Below are positions 48,735-61,428 of a DNA stretch of 64,000 nucleotides, in pieces. The notes under the pieces are model-generated. The model was given only the letters and a program-made list of their open reading frames with translations. It had not been told where the DNA came from and searched no databases. Positions within the stretch are counted from its first letter, which is position 1, and every line of letters starts with the position of its first letter. This stretch comes from Squalus acanthias (lineage: Eukaryota), in contig CM059432.1 of the NCBI GenBank assembly GCA_030390025.1, positions 142,292,001-142,356,000 on the forward strand, in the 5' to 3' direction. Both the position numbers and the translations under genes were made by a program.

Positions 48735-51700
48735 ATCATAAGAACTAGGAGCAGGAGCAGGCCATTCGGCCCCTCGAGCCTGCTCCGCCATTTAATGAGA
48801 TCATGGCTGATCCGATTTTGGCCTCAACTCCACTTTCCTGCCCACTCCCCATAACCCTTGACTCCCCTGTAGCTCAAAAATCTGTCTATCTCCGCCTTGA
48901 ATATATTCAATGACTCCACCACCACAGCTCTCTGGGGTAAAGAATTCCAATGATTCACGACCCTCTGAGAGAAGAAATTCCTCCTCATCTCCATCTTAAA
49001 GGGACGACCCTTTATTCTGAAACTATGTCCCCTAGTTCTAGATACCCCCACGAGGGGAAACGTCTTCTCAGCATCTACCCTGTCCAACCCCCTCAGAAGC
49101 TTATATGTTTCAATAAGATCGCCTCTCATTCTTCTAAACTCCAATGCGTATAGGCCCAACCTGCTCAACCTTTCCTCATAAGACAACCCTTCCATCCCAG
49201 GAATCAACCTCGTGAACCTTCTCTGAACTGCCTCCAATGCAAGTATATCCCTCCTTAAATAAGGGGACCAAAACTGTACGCAGTACTCTAGGTGTGGTCT
49301 CACCAGCGCCCTGTACAGTTGTAGCAAGACTTCCCTACTTTTATACTCCAACCCCCTTGAAATAAAGGCCAACATTCCATTTGCCTTCCTAATTACTTGC
49401 TGCATCTGCATGTTAACTTTTTGTGTTTCATGTACGAGGACACCCAAATCCCTCTGTACCGCCGCATTCTGTAGTCTTTCTCCATTTAAATAATATTTTT
49501 CTTTTCCATTCTTCCTACCAAAGTGGATAACTTCACATTTTCCCACATTATACTCCATCTGCCAAATTCTTGCCCACTCACTTAACCTATCTATATCCCT
49601 TTGCAGACTCTTTGGGCTGGATTTTCATTGACCTGTGGAGGTGGGTTTGGAGGCGTGTGGGGGGTTAAAATTGCGAAAACTGGCGGGCGGGCACAAGTCC
49701 GCCTCCATCCCGCCTCCATGCAATTTTCATTAAATCGTGTCTGCTGGTCCTGACTCCGTCCCACCTCTAAGAGGCGGGATAGGCTGTTAAGGCCCTTAAC
49801 AAGCACTAAATTGCCTCTATAATGCCATTTTGAAAGGCCTTTGTGATTTTAACCCTTTTTCTACGTGAAGCACGCCTGTTCTGAACCACGAATGTGAAAC
49901 CTGGCGGGAGCACATTTGGATAGCTGACTATCAGCTGCAGGTCCACTATTACAATGGAGGTGTGATGAAGGTAGTAGTAGTAGTAGTAGTAGGAGGAGGA
50001 GGAGAAGGCATATCTAGGAGTGGTGGTGCAAAAATATCTGGGAGCAGACTTAGGGCTGCTGCTGCTCATTTTGCATCCAGGTCCTCTCACAGCAAAGTCC
50101 AGGCAGTCTTTGCAGACCTTCAATGCAGCAGCAATGATGACATCATCAGACTTTCAGACTGAAAACACTAATTGGTTCATGGGTTCCCACATGCTGCAAC
50201 TCAATTGCCCAATTAGGTTAAAATCGCATCAATTTCCCACATCCAATTGCAGTCGGGTGGATAACACGAAAAGTGGATGACACGACCCCAACCCGCCCCA
50301 GTATCAAAATCCAGCCCATTTATGTCCTCCTCACAACTTGCTTTCCCACCTACCTTTGTATCGTCCGCAAATTTGGCTACAATACACTCGCTTCCTTCAT
50401 CCAAGTCATTAATATAGATTGAAAATAGTTTAGGCCCCAGCACTAATTCCTGTGGCACCTCACTAGTTACAGGTTGTCATCCTGAAAATTATCTATTTAT
50501 CCCGACTCTCTGTTTTCTGTTAGTTAGCCAATCCTCTATCCGATCTAATATATTACCCCCAACACCATGAGCTCTTATCTTATGCAGTAACCTTTTATGT
50601 GGCACCTTGTCGAATGCCTTATGGAAATCCAAATACACTACATCTAGTGGTTCCCCTTTATCCGCCCTGCTCATTACCTCCTCAAAGAACTCTAATAGAT
50701 TTGTCAAACACGATCACCCTTTCATAAAACCATGTTGACTCTGTTTGATTGTATTATGATTTTCTAAATGCCCTGCTACTACTTCCTTAATAATGGATTC
50801 GAGCATTTTGCCAATGACAGATGTTAGGCTAACTGGCCTATAGTTTCATGCTTTCTGTCTCCCTCCTTTTCTTGAATAAGGGCCTTACATTTGCGGTTTT
50901 CCAATCCGCTGGGACTTTTCCAGAGTCAAGGGAATTTTGGAAGATTACAACCAATGCATCCACTATCTCTGTAGCCAATTCTTTTAAGACCCTAGGATGC
51001 AGGCCATCAGGTCCAGGGGACTTGTCAGCCTTTAGACCCATAAGTTTGCCTAGCACTTTTTCTCTAGTGATAGTGATTGTTTTAAGTTCCTCCCTCCCTT
51101 TTGCCCCTTGATTTTCTACGATTACTGGGATGTTTTTAGTGTCCTCTACTGTGAAGACAGATACAAAATATTTGTTCAATGCCTCTGCCATTTCCTTGTT
51201 TCCCATTATTATTTCCCCAGTCTCGTCCTCTAAGGGACCAATGTTTATTTTAGGTACTCTCTTCCTTTTTATATACTTGTAGAAGCTCTTACTGTCAGTT
51301 TTTATATTTCTTGCTAGTTTACTCTCATAAGCTATTTTCTCCCTCTTTATTTTTTTAGTCATCCTTTGCTGGTTTCTAAAATTTTCCCAATCTTCTGGCC
51401 TATCACTAATCTTTGCAACATTGTATGCCTTTTCTTTCAATTTGATACCATCCTTAACTTCCTTGGTGAGGCATGGTTGGTTCATCCTTCTCTTCGAGTC
51501 TTTCTTTCTCACTGAAATATTTCTTTGTTGAGAGTCATGAAATATCTCTTTAAATGTCTGCCACTGCCTTTTTTCCGTCTTACCTTCTAATCTATTTTCC
51601 CAGTCCACTTTAGCCAACTCTCTCCTCATACCTTTGTAATTGCCTCTATTTAAGTTTAACACTCTAGTTTCAGACCCAAGTTTCTCACCTTCAAACTGAA

Positions 51701-52562
51701 TGTGGAATTCTATCATGTTATGATCACTCTTCCCTCGAGGATCCTTTACTATGAGATCATTAATTAATCCTGTTTCGTTACACATTACCAGATCTAAAAT
51801 AGCCTGTTCCCTGGTCGGTTCCACAATGTATTGTTCCAAGAAACTGTCCCGAATACACTCTATGAACTTGTCCTCAAGGCTGCTTTTGCCAATTTGATTT
51901 GTCCAATCTATATTTAGATTAAAATCGCCCATGATTATTGCAGTACCTTTCTTACAAGCCCCCATTATTTCTTGATTTATACTCTGTCCTTTAGTGTAGC
52001 TACTGTTAGGGGGCCTATAGACTACTCCCACCAGTGCCTTCTTTCCCTTACAATTTCTTACCTCCAACCAAATTGATTCTACATCTGGAACTTCCGAGCC
52101 AAGATCATTTCTCACTATTGTACTGATCTCATCCTTTATTAACAGAGCTACCCCACCTCCTTTTCCTTTCTGTCTATCCTTTCAAAATGTCAAATCCCCC
52201 TTAATATTCAGTTCCCAGCCTTGGTCACATTGCAACCACGTCTCTGTGATGGCTATTCGATCATACCCATTTATTTCTATTTGTGCCGTTAATTCATCTA
52301 TCTTGTTACGAATGCTGCGTGCATGCAGATAAAGAGCCTTTAATTTTGTCTTTTTTTTATCATTTTTCCTGACTCTGACCTTATTTGCTGGTGCATTCTT
52401 ATGTTTGTACGCTCCGTCCCTTCCTGTCACACTCTGGTTTTCATTGCCCATATCGCTACCCTGCACTATTGCCCTGTCGTTTCTCTTTAACTTTCTAAAT
52501 TTCCCCTCGCTTGAATGCTCCCCCCCACTATTTAGTTTAAAGCCCTATCTACAGCCCTAGTT
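48735..52562 (-). mobile_element. CR1 LINE: whole disrupted ORF2 plus the last codons of ORF1, split by a MITE
   Basis: ORFs 52182, 50838, 50489, 50213 and 48824 carry the endonuclease and RT motifs in order. Confidence 0.95.
49614..50317. mobile_element. Harbinger-type MITE
   Basis: TIR GGGCTGGATTTT / AAAATCCAGCCC; CR1 sequence resumes on both sides. Confidence 0.85.
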
Positions 52563-52932
52563 ATTGACGGCATCTCCAACAGTGCAGCGCTCCATCTGTA
52601 CTGTACTGGGAGCATCAGCCTAGATTTTGTGCTTAAATCTCTGGAGTGGGTCTATGAACCCGCGACCTTCTGACCCAGAGGCGAGAGTGCTACCCACGAA
52701 GCCCTGACTGAGGTGCACTGTCACTGTCCAGCCCAAAGCGGTTGCGAAGCCCCAAAGTGCGATGTGGCCGGTTGAATCCTGGTTGAGGCTGTGTTGGGTC
52801 GGAGATGGCATGGTGATTTACAGGAGCATCTGCTGCCCGCTCTTCACACCAGCGAGCTGCTAACGGGAAGTACCACTGATGGTACTTGTAGAATCTGTAC
52901 GAAAGAAATCATTAAACTGAAAATTAAATAGC

Positions 52933-53276
52933 GCTGTCGGAGGTGCCGTCTTTCAGATGAAACGTTAAACCGAGGCCCCGTCTGCTCTCTCAGGTGGATG
53001 TAAAAGATGCCACGGCCACTATTCGAAGAAGAGCAGGGGAGTTCTCCCTGGTGTCCTGGGGCCAATATTTATCCCTTAACCAACATCACTAAAACATATT
53101 ATCGGGTCATTATCACATTGCTGTTTGTGGCATCTTGCTGTGCGCAAATTGGCTGCTGCGTTTCCTCCATTACAGCAGTGACTCCACTTCAAAAAAGTGC
53201 TTCATTGGCTGTGAAGCACTTTGGGACGATCCAAGGTTGTGAAAGGCGCTATAGAAATGCAAGTCTTTCTTTCTTT
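52933..53276 (+). mobile_element. DeuSINE core and tail
   Basis: Matches the other copies. Confidence 0.8.
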
Positions 53277-54960
53277 AAAACTGAATGAAGAGTCAGAAAT
53301 CAGGAAATTCAATCCTAACTGTCCAATAGCTGTATCACTAGGGTGTTGGGCATCAAGTTAAAATTCCAACTCTGACTAACATCCAAAGCACAGCGATGTG
53401 TCTTGTCGGTTTTTAGTTGTTTGCAGTTTAAGGAGGCGGAGAGAGATCTCACCCGACCAGCTCTGTCATCAGACAGTGCCTTCCCATCCCGCAATATGGA
53501 GCTGAATTCCTCTGTTAAATCGGGCACTGTTACAGCTAAAAGAAGAATGAAAGAACTTGCATTTCTATAGCGCCTTTCATGATCTCGGGAAGTCCCGAAG
53601 AGCTTTACAGCCAATGAAGTGCTTTTGAAGCGTAGTCACTGTTGTAATGTGGGAAACGCAGCAGCCAATTTGCGCACAGCAAGCTCCCACAAACAGCAAT
53701 GTGATAATGACCAGATAATCTGTTTTTTTTAGTGATTTTGAAGTAGGTGGACGAGAGGTGGAGCATGGCAAAAGTGGAGACCTCAAAAAGTAGAAATATA
53801 TATTTTTTTAAAAAATGATTCTGGACTCACTCGCTGGCCAAGCCAGCCCATTAGTGACCTTCTGTACCATACACTTTGGGGTCAGTTTACTGCGAAGCCT
53901 CCTGTCTGAGATTTCCTGTGGGTAAACCCAGCCGTGGGGCCCCTGAGTGACAGTGCGTGGATAAGCAAGTCCATTAATAAACCCCCAAAGTGACAGTGTC
54001 TCCGGACAAACTGGTCCATTACTGAGCTGCCTGGGTGACATTATCACCAGATAAGATTGCTCTTCACCTTGCACGTGTTAACCCAGGAAATATGACTTCA
54101 ATTTACTGATTGATGGGAGCTCACAGCTGGTGTGGCAAAAATCTAAATTCTGCGGGTTAACGCAACGCATCCCGATCTCCCAGCGGGAGCTGCATTCGAT
54201 GGAAGAGTAGGGTCGGAGAATTGGGCAAGATCTGGTCTGGATGGTGGCGATCTCCCTTTGACCGCAGCACCATGCCGAGAGCTCAGGGTTGTTGAATTTA
54301 CTGTTTATTTTACAGCGAGGCGAGGGTAGTCACAGACTGAGCAGGAGAGATACTGTGGGATACACAAAGATGTGCGGAATTATTGTCCCGTTATATCTCC
54401 ACACTCTGTTCCCGTATTGTTAACATGTGATCAGTGTCAGGGTAGGTTTACCATTGTGTCTGACTGGTGTAGTCCCGGGCTGGGTCTGAATGACGATGGG
54501 TACTCCCCTAAACTGCTGAAAGTGTTTAACAAAAAAAGCCTCATATCGTGTGAAATAAGGATCAGGAAATATTTCCATTTCGAAAACGAATTGAACGTGG
54601 TGGTTGACCTGTATTCTATTCTTTGGATGAGACATTAAACTGAGGACCGTTGGCCCTCTGGGGTGGGTGGATGTAAAACATCCCAGGACACTGTTGAAAA
54701 AGCAGAGCAGGAGTTCTTCCTGATCGGCACGCCTCCCTCAACCGACACCACCTCCAAAAAACAATGATTAACCGGCCTTTCATCGCATTGCTGTTTGTGG
54801 GATCTTGCCGTGCACAGTGTTTGGCTGCCCGCGTTTCCCTACATTACAACAGTGACTGCACTTCAGAAAGTGATCCATCGGCTGTAAAGCGCTTTGGGAC
54901 GTCCTGAGGTCGCTGTGGAAAATGCGAGTTACTTCTCCCTTGGCCACGTCCGAGGTGGCT

Positions 54961-55301
54961 CATCTTTCACCTCATCTTTCTATTAGGCACTTTAGAGCCT
55001 TCTGGACTTAACATCGAGTTCAACAATTTCAGACCATAAATTGGTCCCTGTATTTCTTTATATTTTTTTCTCTTGCCTTGCACCATCATCCCTTTTGTCT
55101 TTCAATCTCTCCTGCCTTCCATCTATCACAGACCTTCCCTTTTGTTCTTTCCTCCCCTCCTCCCTGCCCCTGCTTAAACATCTCTCTTCAGTAACCGTTT
55201 CCAGTTCTGACGAAGGGTCATCGACCCGAAACGTTGACTCTGTTTCTCTCTCCTCGATGCTGCCTGACCTGCTGAGTGTTTCCAGCACTTTCTGTTGTTA
55301 G
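54961..55301 (+). mobile_element. Penelope-like 3' fragment
   Basis: Aligns with 47520-47968; TSD CCRAGGTGGCT at 54950 and 55302; hammerhead core at 55202-55239. Confidence 0.85.
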
Positions 55302-55981
55302 CCAAGGTGGCTGCCGTGGTTGTCCGTCAAATGATAATAATTCACGTCAAATAACTCCCTCGGTGCGAGGTGACTCTGGACTGAAGGCTGCAGCAATACA
55401 AGGTCCTTCTTGCTCGAGCGCGAAATCTAGAATGAACTAAAAATTTAAAAAAAAACAGCACGCCCAAGGCAGATGCCACCAACATTGTCTTATCAGAATG
55501 TATCCATAACGCTGTAATAACAAGGTATTATCCCGGCCAATTTGCTGATACAGCGAATGGACAACCCACACACAGCATTCAGGCTGCTGCTGTTGGTGTC
55601 TGTTGCTGTTGCTTGTGGTGTTTTGTCTATGTACGGCGATGTTATGAAGTGCAGGCCACAGCTTCTCTGCAGGATTCAATTAAGTGCCGTTTTGTTTCTG
55701 TGCACATCAGTCTTGTTTTCAAACAAATGTTGACCCTTGTGGTACAAAGAGCCAGGATGAAGTCATGCTTCATCGTTGTGCTTCAAGGATCCAGCTTCGC
55801 CAACCCGTCTCGCACTTAATCAAACAACTCTTGTTGTTTAAACGTCCGGTTCAAACAGCGTGGGCGCCCTGGACCGATTGACCCTGCTATAAATAACTTG
55901 CAGAAAGTTGCAGCCGAGTGGAGCGACCTTTCTTTTCTGAAGTGGGCACCATGCAAAGACAGGGCTGTCACGTTAATTAAC

Positions 55982-56423
55982 TTGGTAGCACTCTCTCTGA
56001 GTGGGGAGCTGGTGGGTTTAAGCCCCACTCCAGAGACTTGAGCACGTAATCCAGGCTGAAACTCCCAGTGCAGTGCTGAGGGAGTGCTGCACTGTCGGAG
56101 GTTAAAGGGTGGGACATTAAACCGAGGCCCCGTCTGCCCTCTCAGGCGGATGTAAAAGATCCCATGGCACTATTTCAAAGAAGAGCTGGGGAGTTCTCCC
56201 TGATGACCTGGGGCCAATATTTATCCCTCACCCCACATCACTAAAACAGATTATCTAGTCATTATCACATTGCTGTTTGTGGGAGCTTGCTGTGCGCAAT
56301 TTGGCTGCCTTGTTTCCCACATTACAACAGTGACTACACTTCAAAAGTACTTCATTGGTTGTAAAGCACTTTGGGACGTCCTGAGGTTATGAAAGGCGCT
56401 ATAGAAATGCAAGTCTTTCTTTC
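55982..56423 (+). mobile_element. DeuSINE, near full length
   Basis: Head, core and tail. Confidence 0.85.
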
Positions 56424-57065
56424 TAAACAGATTTTATTTACTCATAGTTCATGCTAGCAACATGAAAGGAGAGAGTCAGCATGTGGAAGACCAGAAATGC
56501 TGGATGAGAAGATAAGCAGGATAGACAGATGTGTGGTGAATCCAGTCTCTGCCCATATGGGGGCTAACCTTCCCCTCCCAAGTTTGGTGACAATTTGGAA
56601 TTAGTAATTTGGGTGACATCTGTGCTCCCACATCTGCCGGTATAAATGAGCGTTTAGTCATCTTTTCGACCTGCAAGATAAAGTTTCTTGGCTACCCAAC
56701 AGCTAGTTATCAATCATGCTTTCCTGATGCAAAGCTTATTTGTGTTGGTCGAGGAAACAGACAAATGCTCTGGGTGTTTTCTCAGCACATTTTGGAATTG
56801 AAATGATGCACATTTTAAATTAAAACTTTAGGAGATTAAAGGGATGGGGACGAGGGGGTGAGGGAACTGTGTGGGTGAAATTTGAATCGGGTCCGTTTTA
56901 CGCCCTGCCACGATTTTCTTTTCCATTGACTTCATTTTGCGCTATCTCCCAAGGTCAAATGTCACCCACAACTTCCTGTTTGTGTAAAACAAAAGACAAT
57001 CCTGCAACCTTATCTGTTGCGAGTTACGTTGAAACTTTTGAGATCTTGATGTGCCCCTGAGGTTT

Positions 57066-57570
57066 CCTATCTCTTTGTCTCTCTGTCTTTCTCTGTCTCT
57101 CTCTCTCTGTCTCTCTATCTCTCTCTCTCTGTGTCTTTCTCTCTACCTGTCTCTGTCTCTCTCTCTCTCTCTGTCTCTCTCTCACTCTGTCTCTCTCTCT
57201 CTCTCTGTCTCTCTCTCGCTCTGTCTCTCTCTCTCTCTCTATCTCTCGCTCTCTCGCTCTGTCTCTCTCTATCTTTTGCTCTCTCGCTCTGTCTCTCTAT
57301 CTCTCTCTCTCTCTGTCTCTTTCTATCTACCTCTGTCTCACTGTCTCTCTCTCTCTCTCGCTCTGTCTCTCTATCTCTCTCTCTCTCTCTCGCTCTCTCA
57401 CTCTGTCTCTCTATCTCTCTCTCTCGCTCTGTCTCTCTCTCTCTCTCTGTCTCTCTCTCGCTCTGTCTCTCTATCTCTCTCTCCCTCTCGCTCTCTCGCT
57501 CTGTCTCTCTAACTCTCTCTCTCTGTCTCTTTCTCTCTACCGCTGTCTCACTCTGCCTCTCTCTCTCTCT
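57066..57570. repeat. Imperfect (CT)n microsatellite
   Basis: About 500 bp of CT with GT/AT/CG interruptions. Confidence 0.97.
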
Positions 57571-57634
57571 GGATCCCGTGTTGTCCCAGCCTTTTGATTT
57601 GCGTGCAGGTACTTGAAGCAAATGAATCAAAGTA

Positions 57635-58172
57635 CAGGAAACTCTTTGGTATCCGGCACCGACGGGACCGGCGTGGTGCCGGTTGATCAAAAGTTCCGGA
57701 TAACGGAGAGTTATATCTACCGAGGCTATTTTTAACAAACAAAAATAAAAAAATCAAGAAATGTGCAGTATACAGTATTTGGGTACTCCCCTACAGAATG
57801 TTGTGTTAAATGGATGGTGGAAGATGCTTGATTAAGTACAGTACTGCCAGTTGAGGGTAATCCATAACTCTTTAATTACTTAACAGTAAAACAAAACTTA
57901 CACACAGTAAAATGGCCGATCAGAAGAGACTCCCGGCAGCGCGGGAGAATCAGACTCCTGTTACTGCAGTGTTCGGACTTCCGACAGCGCCAGGAGGCCG
58001 AGTAGTGGCACTTTGGAGAACTACCCCCACTGACTAACTCGCCGTTCGCGGGAGACTCGGACTCGGACTCGGCAACATTGCCGGTTATTTGAGAGGAGTT
58101 TTCGGAGTATGATTTTTGCCGGTTAAGAGAGAATTCCGGATATTTAGGTGCTGGTTAAACAAGAGTTTCCTG
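57635..58172. mobile_element. Tc1/mariner-superfamily (pogo/Tigger-like) MITE
   Basis: TA|CAGGAAACTCTT ... AAGAGTTTCCTG|TA; subterminal CCGG(A/T)TA motifs. Confidence 0.75.
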
Positions 58173-59364
58173 TAATTGCAATTTGTGGAGAAAAAGGCAG
58201 AAAACAATTTGTACATCCCCTGAAGCACCAGATCAGGGGTTCGAGTGACAGCAAGCTCTGATTTTATTACGCTGAGCACTTGTACACTTGCATTGCTAAC
58301 TATAGAAAGCCACAACGAGCAACCTCTGCAAACTACTGGAGCTCTCTCAAACGTTATTTCTCGGCTAATAATGTTCCCGAGATTGTGTAGCGGTAATCTG
58401 GTGACTGACAATTAGCAGGATTGCGCAGAATGCCAGAATTAGGGTTATTAATGTGACTGAAAATTCATCGAATCAGAAGAATCACACAGCACTGGAGGAG
58501 GCCATTTGGCCCATCGTGCCTGTGCCGGCTCTTTGAAGGAGCGATCCAATCAGTCCCACTCCCCCCCAGCTCTTTGCAAATGTTTTCCTTTTCAAGTAAG
58601 AAGGAAGATTGGATAATTCTTGACTGTCCGGTTAAACAGACATTTTTTTAAATTACCCATCCCCCAACATTTTTATAACTAGTAAACAAAAGCGTTCAAA
58701 GAAAATGAAAACAAAGACCACAATTTGTTTCAAGGCCCTGATGGTTGTTCTCCCGGGAGTTGCTGGCTGCAGTGTCCCGGAGATTAATCTTCAACTCCTG
58801 GAGACTCCCGGCCAATCCCGGAGGATTGTGGCCGGTTTAATCAACCAAAAGATTTTTTTTGGGGGGGCAGTGGAAAATCGTGCTGAAGGACCTGTGTCTG
58901 GACGTATTGGCGGAATGGTCTCGGAGCGAGGGTCTGGAGCAGGCCGGGGCATCATCCCAGCCAGGCTTGGATGGCTGAGCCTTCCCGCCTGACGAGGGCA
59001 AATATTAAACGTTTTAACATCGGCCGTAACGTGTTATCCAGCCTGATGCGTTTACATTTAAATGAGTAAATATTATTTGAAAGATTACCATCAATAATTA
59101 ACCCCAAAGTAAGCATATCCGGCTTTGATAAATGTACTCGACTCTGACATGAGGCTCACAGGAATATTCGATCTGCAGGCCCAAAATTGTCAACAGTGCA
59201 ACTGAAGTAACGATCACAGAACGATACAGCACAGAAAGAGGCCATTGGGCCCATCGTGCCTGTGTCGGCTCTTTGGTCGAGCTCTCCAATGAGTCCCACT
59301 CCCTCCTGCTCTTTCCCCCATCGCCCTGCAAATATTCCCCCTAAGCTAAATGTTTGCAATCATA

Positions 59365-60217
59365 GGTGGAAAAATTCGGTTGCTTTGCGCCTCCCGTTAG
59401 CGCCCGGGCGCGGCGATGTTTGCGCCGCTCGCGAAATTGGCGAGACATTTTGCAGCTGCGCTAAACACTACCGCCACAATCTCCTGCGCCCTGCAGATTG
59501 TGACGTCAGTCAAGTGTGCAACGCCCCTGGTAGAGCCCCGGACCGGATATTGAGTGGCGCCCCCTGCCTTTCCGCCTGCCACTAGCAACGACAGGTTGAG
59601 GGGAACGTTTTGCAGTCGGGAAGGGACTGGGGGAGCACTATTTTAGGCGACCGCTTCCTGCCTTTTTTTGTCGGTGACATTTTTGCACCACGCATTCTGA
59701 GAGAGTGAGAGAGACTTCTGGAGAGATTCAACGCTGTGTGAAGGAGTTTTGGGTACTGAGCAGCACTTTGCCGGTTCATTTTGATTTGACCTTCCTTGCA
59801 TCGATTTAGAAAAGACTATGGGGGCTGCACTCTGAGCTCTTTCCCTGGGTCTCTCCATTGTTCTTTCCAACAGATTTGATGTACAGGTCTCTCCAGGCCG
59901 AGATTCAAGGCTGCAATGAGCAGGGTGTGGATGGAGAGCAAGATCGACCCTCCCCTTTAAGAATTGGCCGGCGCCAGTGTGTCTGTGTTCCATTGCTGAC
60001 TGACATCACATGAGCTTCGCCAGCGCTCTGAGTTAGCGCCTCGCTCCTCGGCGTTAGCGCCTTAAGACAGGTGTGAAGCGCCTGATTTAGCGCTCCAATC
60101 ACCTCCAGGGGCGATAGAAGCCAAGTTTGCAGTCGGAGGCGATGATCAGCACCAGGCACTAAACTTTGCGCCCGGCCGATAATTGCGCCCCAAACGGGGC
60201 GATACCGAATTTCTCCC
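59365..60217. mobile_element. Harbinger-type MITE
   Basis: Ends GGTGGAAAAATTCGGT / ACCGAATTTCTCCC; 3-bp TSD ATA; termini match 37511-38086. Confidence 0.8.
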
Positions 60218-60632
60218 ATAGTTTTTTAAACATTCCCGGCATGCAGATTTTCTGTTGTACAACTCAAATTGTTACGGGTAAATGGAAGACCAGTGAGAGA
60301 GTTAAAGGCCCTAGCAGGGCAGGTAACATTGTGCTGTGTCCCACTAATAGCTTTTAGGAAGTCCCCTCCTGGATTTGGTATTAGATCCAGCTGTGTTGCT
60401 GGTTTAGACCACACAAAGCAAATCGAGTGTTTGTACCCGGCCCATTACAGGTGCTCTTGGGCACAGTTCCACATTCATCACATGGAATTACATCGAATCC
60501 ACAGCGCAGAAACAGGCCATTCAGCCCATCAGGTCCGTGCCGGTGTTTGTGCTCTACTCGAGCCTCCTCCCACCCCTCTTCATCTCACCCAATCAGCATA
60601 TCCTACTATTCCTTTCTCCCTCATGTACGTAT

Positions 60633-61428
60633 CTCTTCTTCTTCTTCGGCAGTCCCTTGGAACCGAGGATGACTTGCTTCCACATTAAAAATGAGTTCTC
60701 AGGTGACTGATGAGTCCAATGCGGGACCTACAGTCTCTGTCACAGGTGGGGCAGACGGTGGTTGAAGGGGCGGGTGGGGTGCTTGGGTTGACGTGCGCTC
60801 CTTCCGCTGTTTGCGCTTGGCTTCCACTTGCTCCCGGCGAAGAGACTCGAGATGTTCGGCGCCCTCCCGGATGCTTCTCCTCCACTTTGTGTGGTCTTGG
60901 GCCAGGGATTCCCAGGTGTTGGTGGGGATGTTGCACTTTTTCAAGGAGGCTTTGAGGGTGTCCTTGAAGCATTTCCTCTGCCCACCTGGGGCTCTCTTGC
61001 CGTGTCGGAGCTCCGAATAGAGCGCTTGTTTTGGGAGTCTCGTATCGGGCATGCGGACGATGTGACCCATCCATCGGAGCCGATCAAGCGTGGTCAAAGC
61101 TTCGATGCTGGGGGTGTTGGCCTGAGCGAGAACACTGACGTTGGTGCGCCTATCCTGCCAATGGATTTGCAGGATCTTGCGGAGGCAGAGTTGGTGGTAC
61201 CTCTCCAGTGCTTTGAGGTGCCTGCTGTACATGGTCCATGTCTCTGAGGCATACAGGAGGGCGGGTATCACTACAGCTCTGTAGACCATGAGCTTAGTGC
61301 CGGGTTTGAGGTCCTGGTCTTCAAACACTCTCTTCCTCAGGCGACCGAAGGCTGCACTGGCACACTGAAGGCGGTGTTGGACTTCGTCATTGACGTCTGC
61401 CCTTGTTGACAGTAGGTTCCCGAGGTAT
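60633..61428 (-). mobile_element. RTE-clade LINE 3' fragment
   Basis: YLG...AFGRLRKRVF...LLYASETW...RLRWMGH..RM...RLPK peptide; (GAA)n tail. Confidence 0.9.

Noticed and set aside
57051..57738. Ser/Leu and Arg/Glu repeat ORFs
   Set aside because: They are translations of the CT microsatellite.
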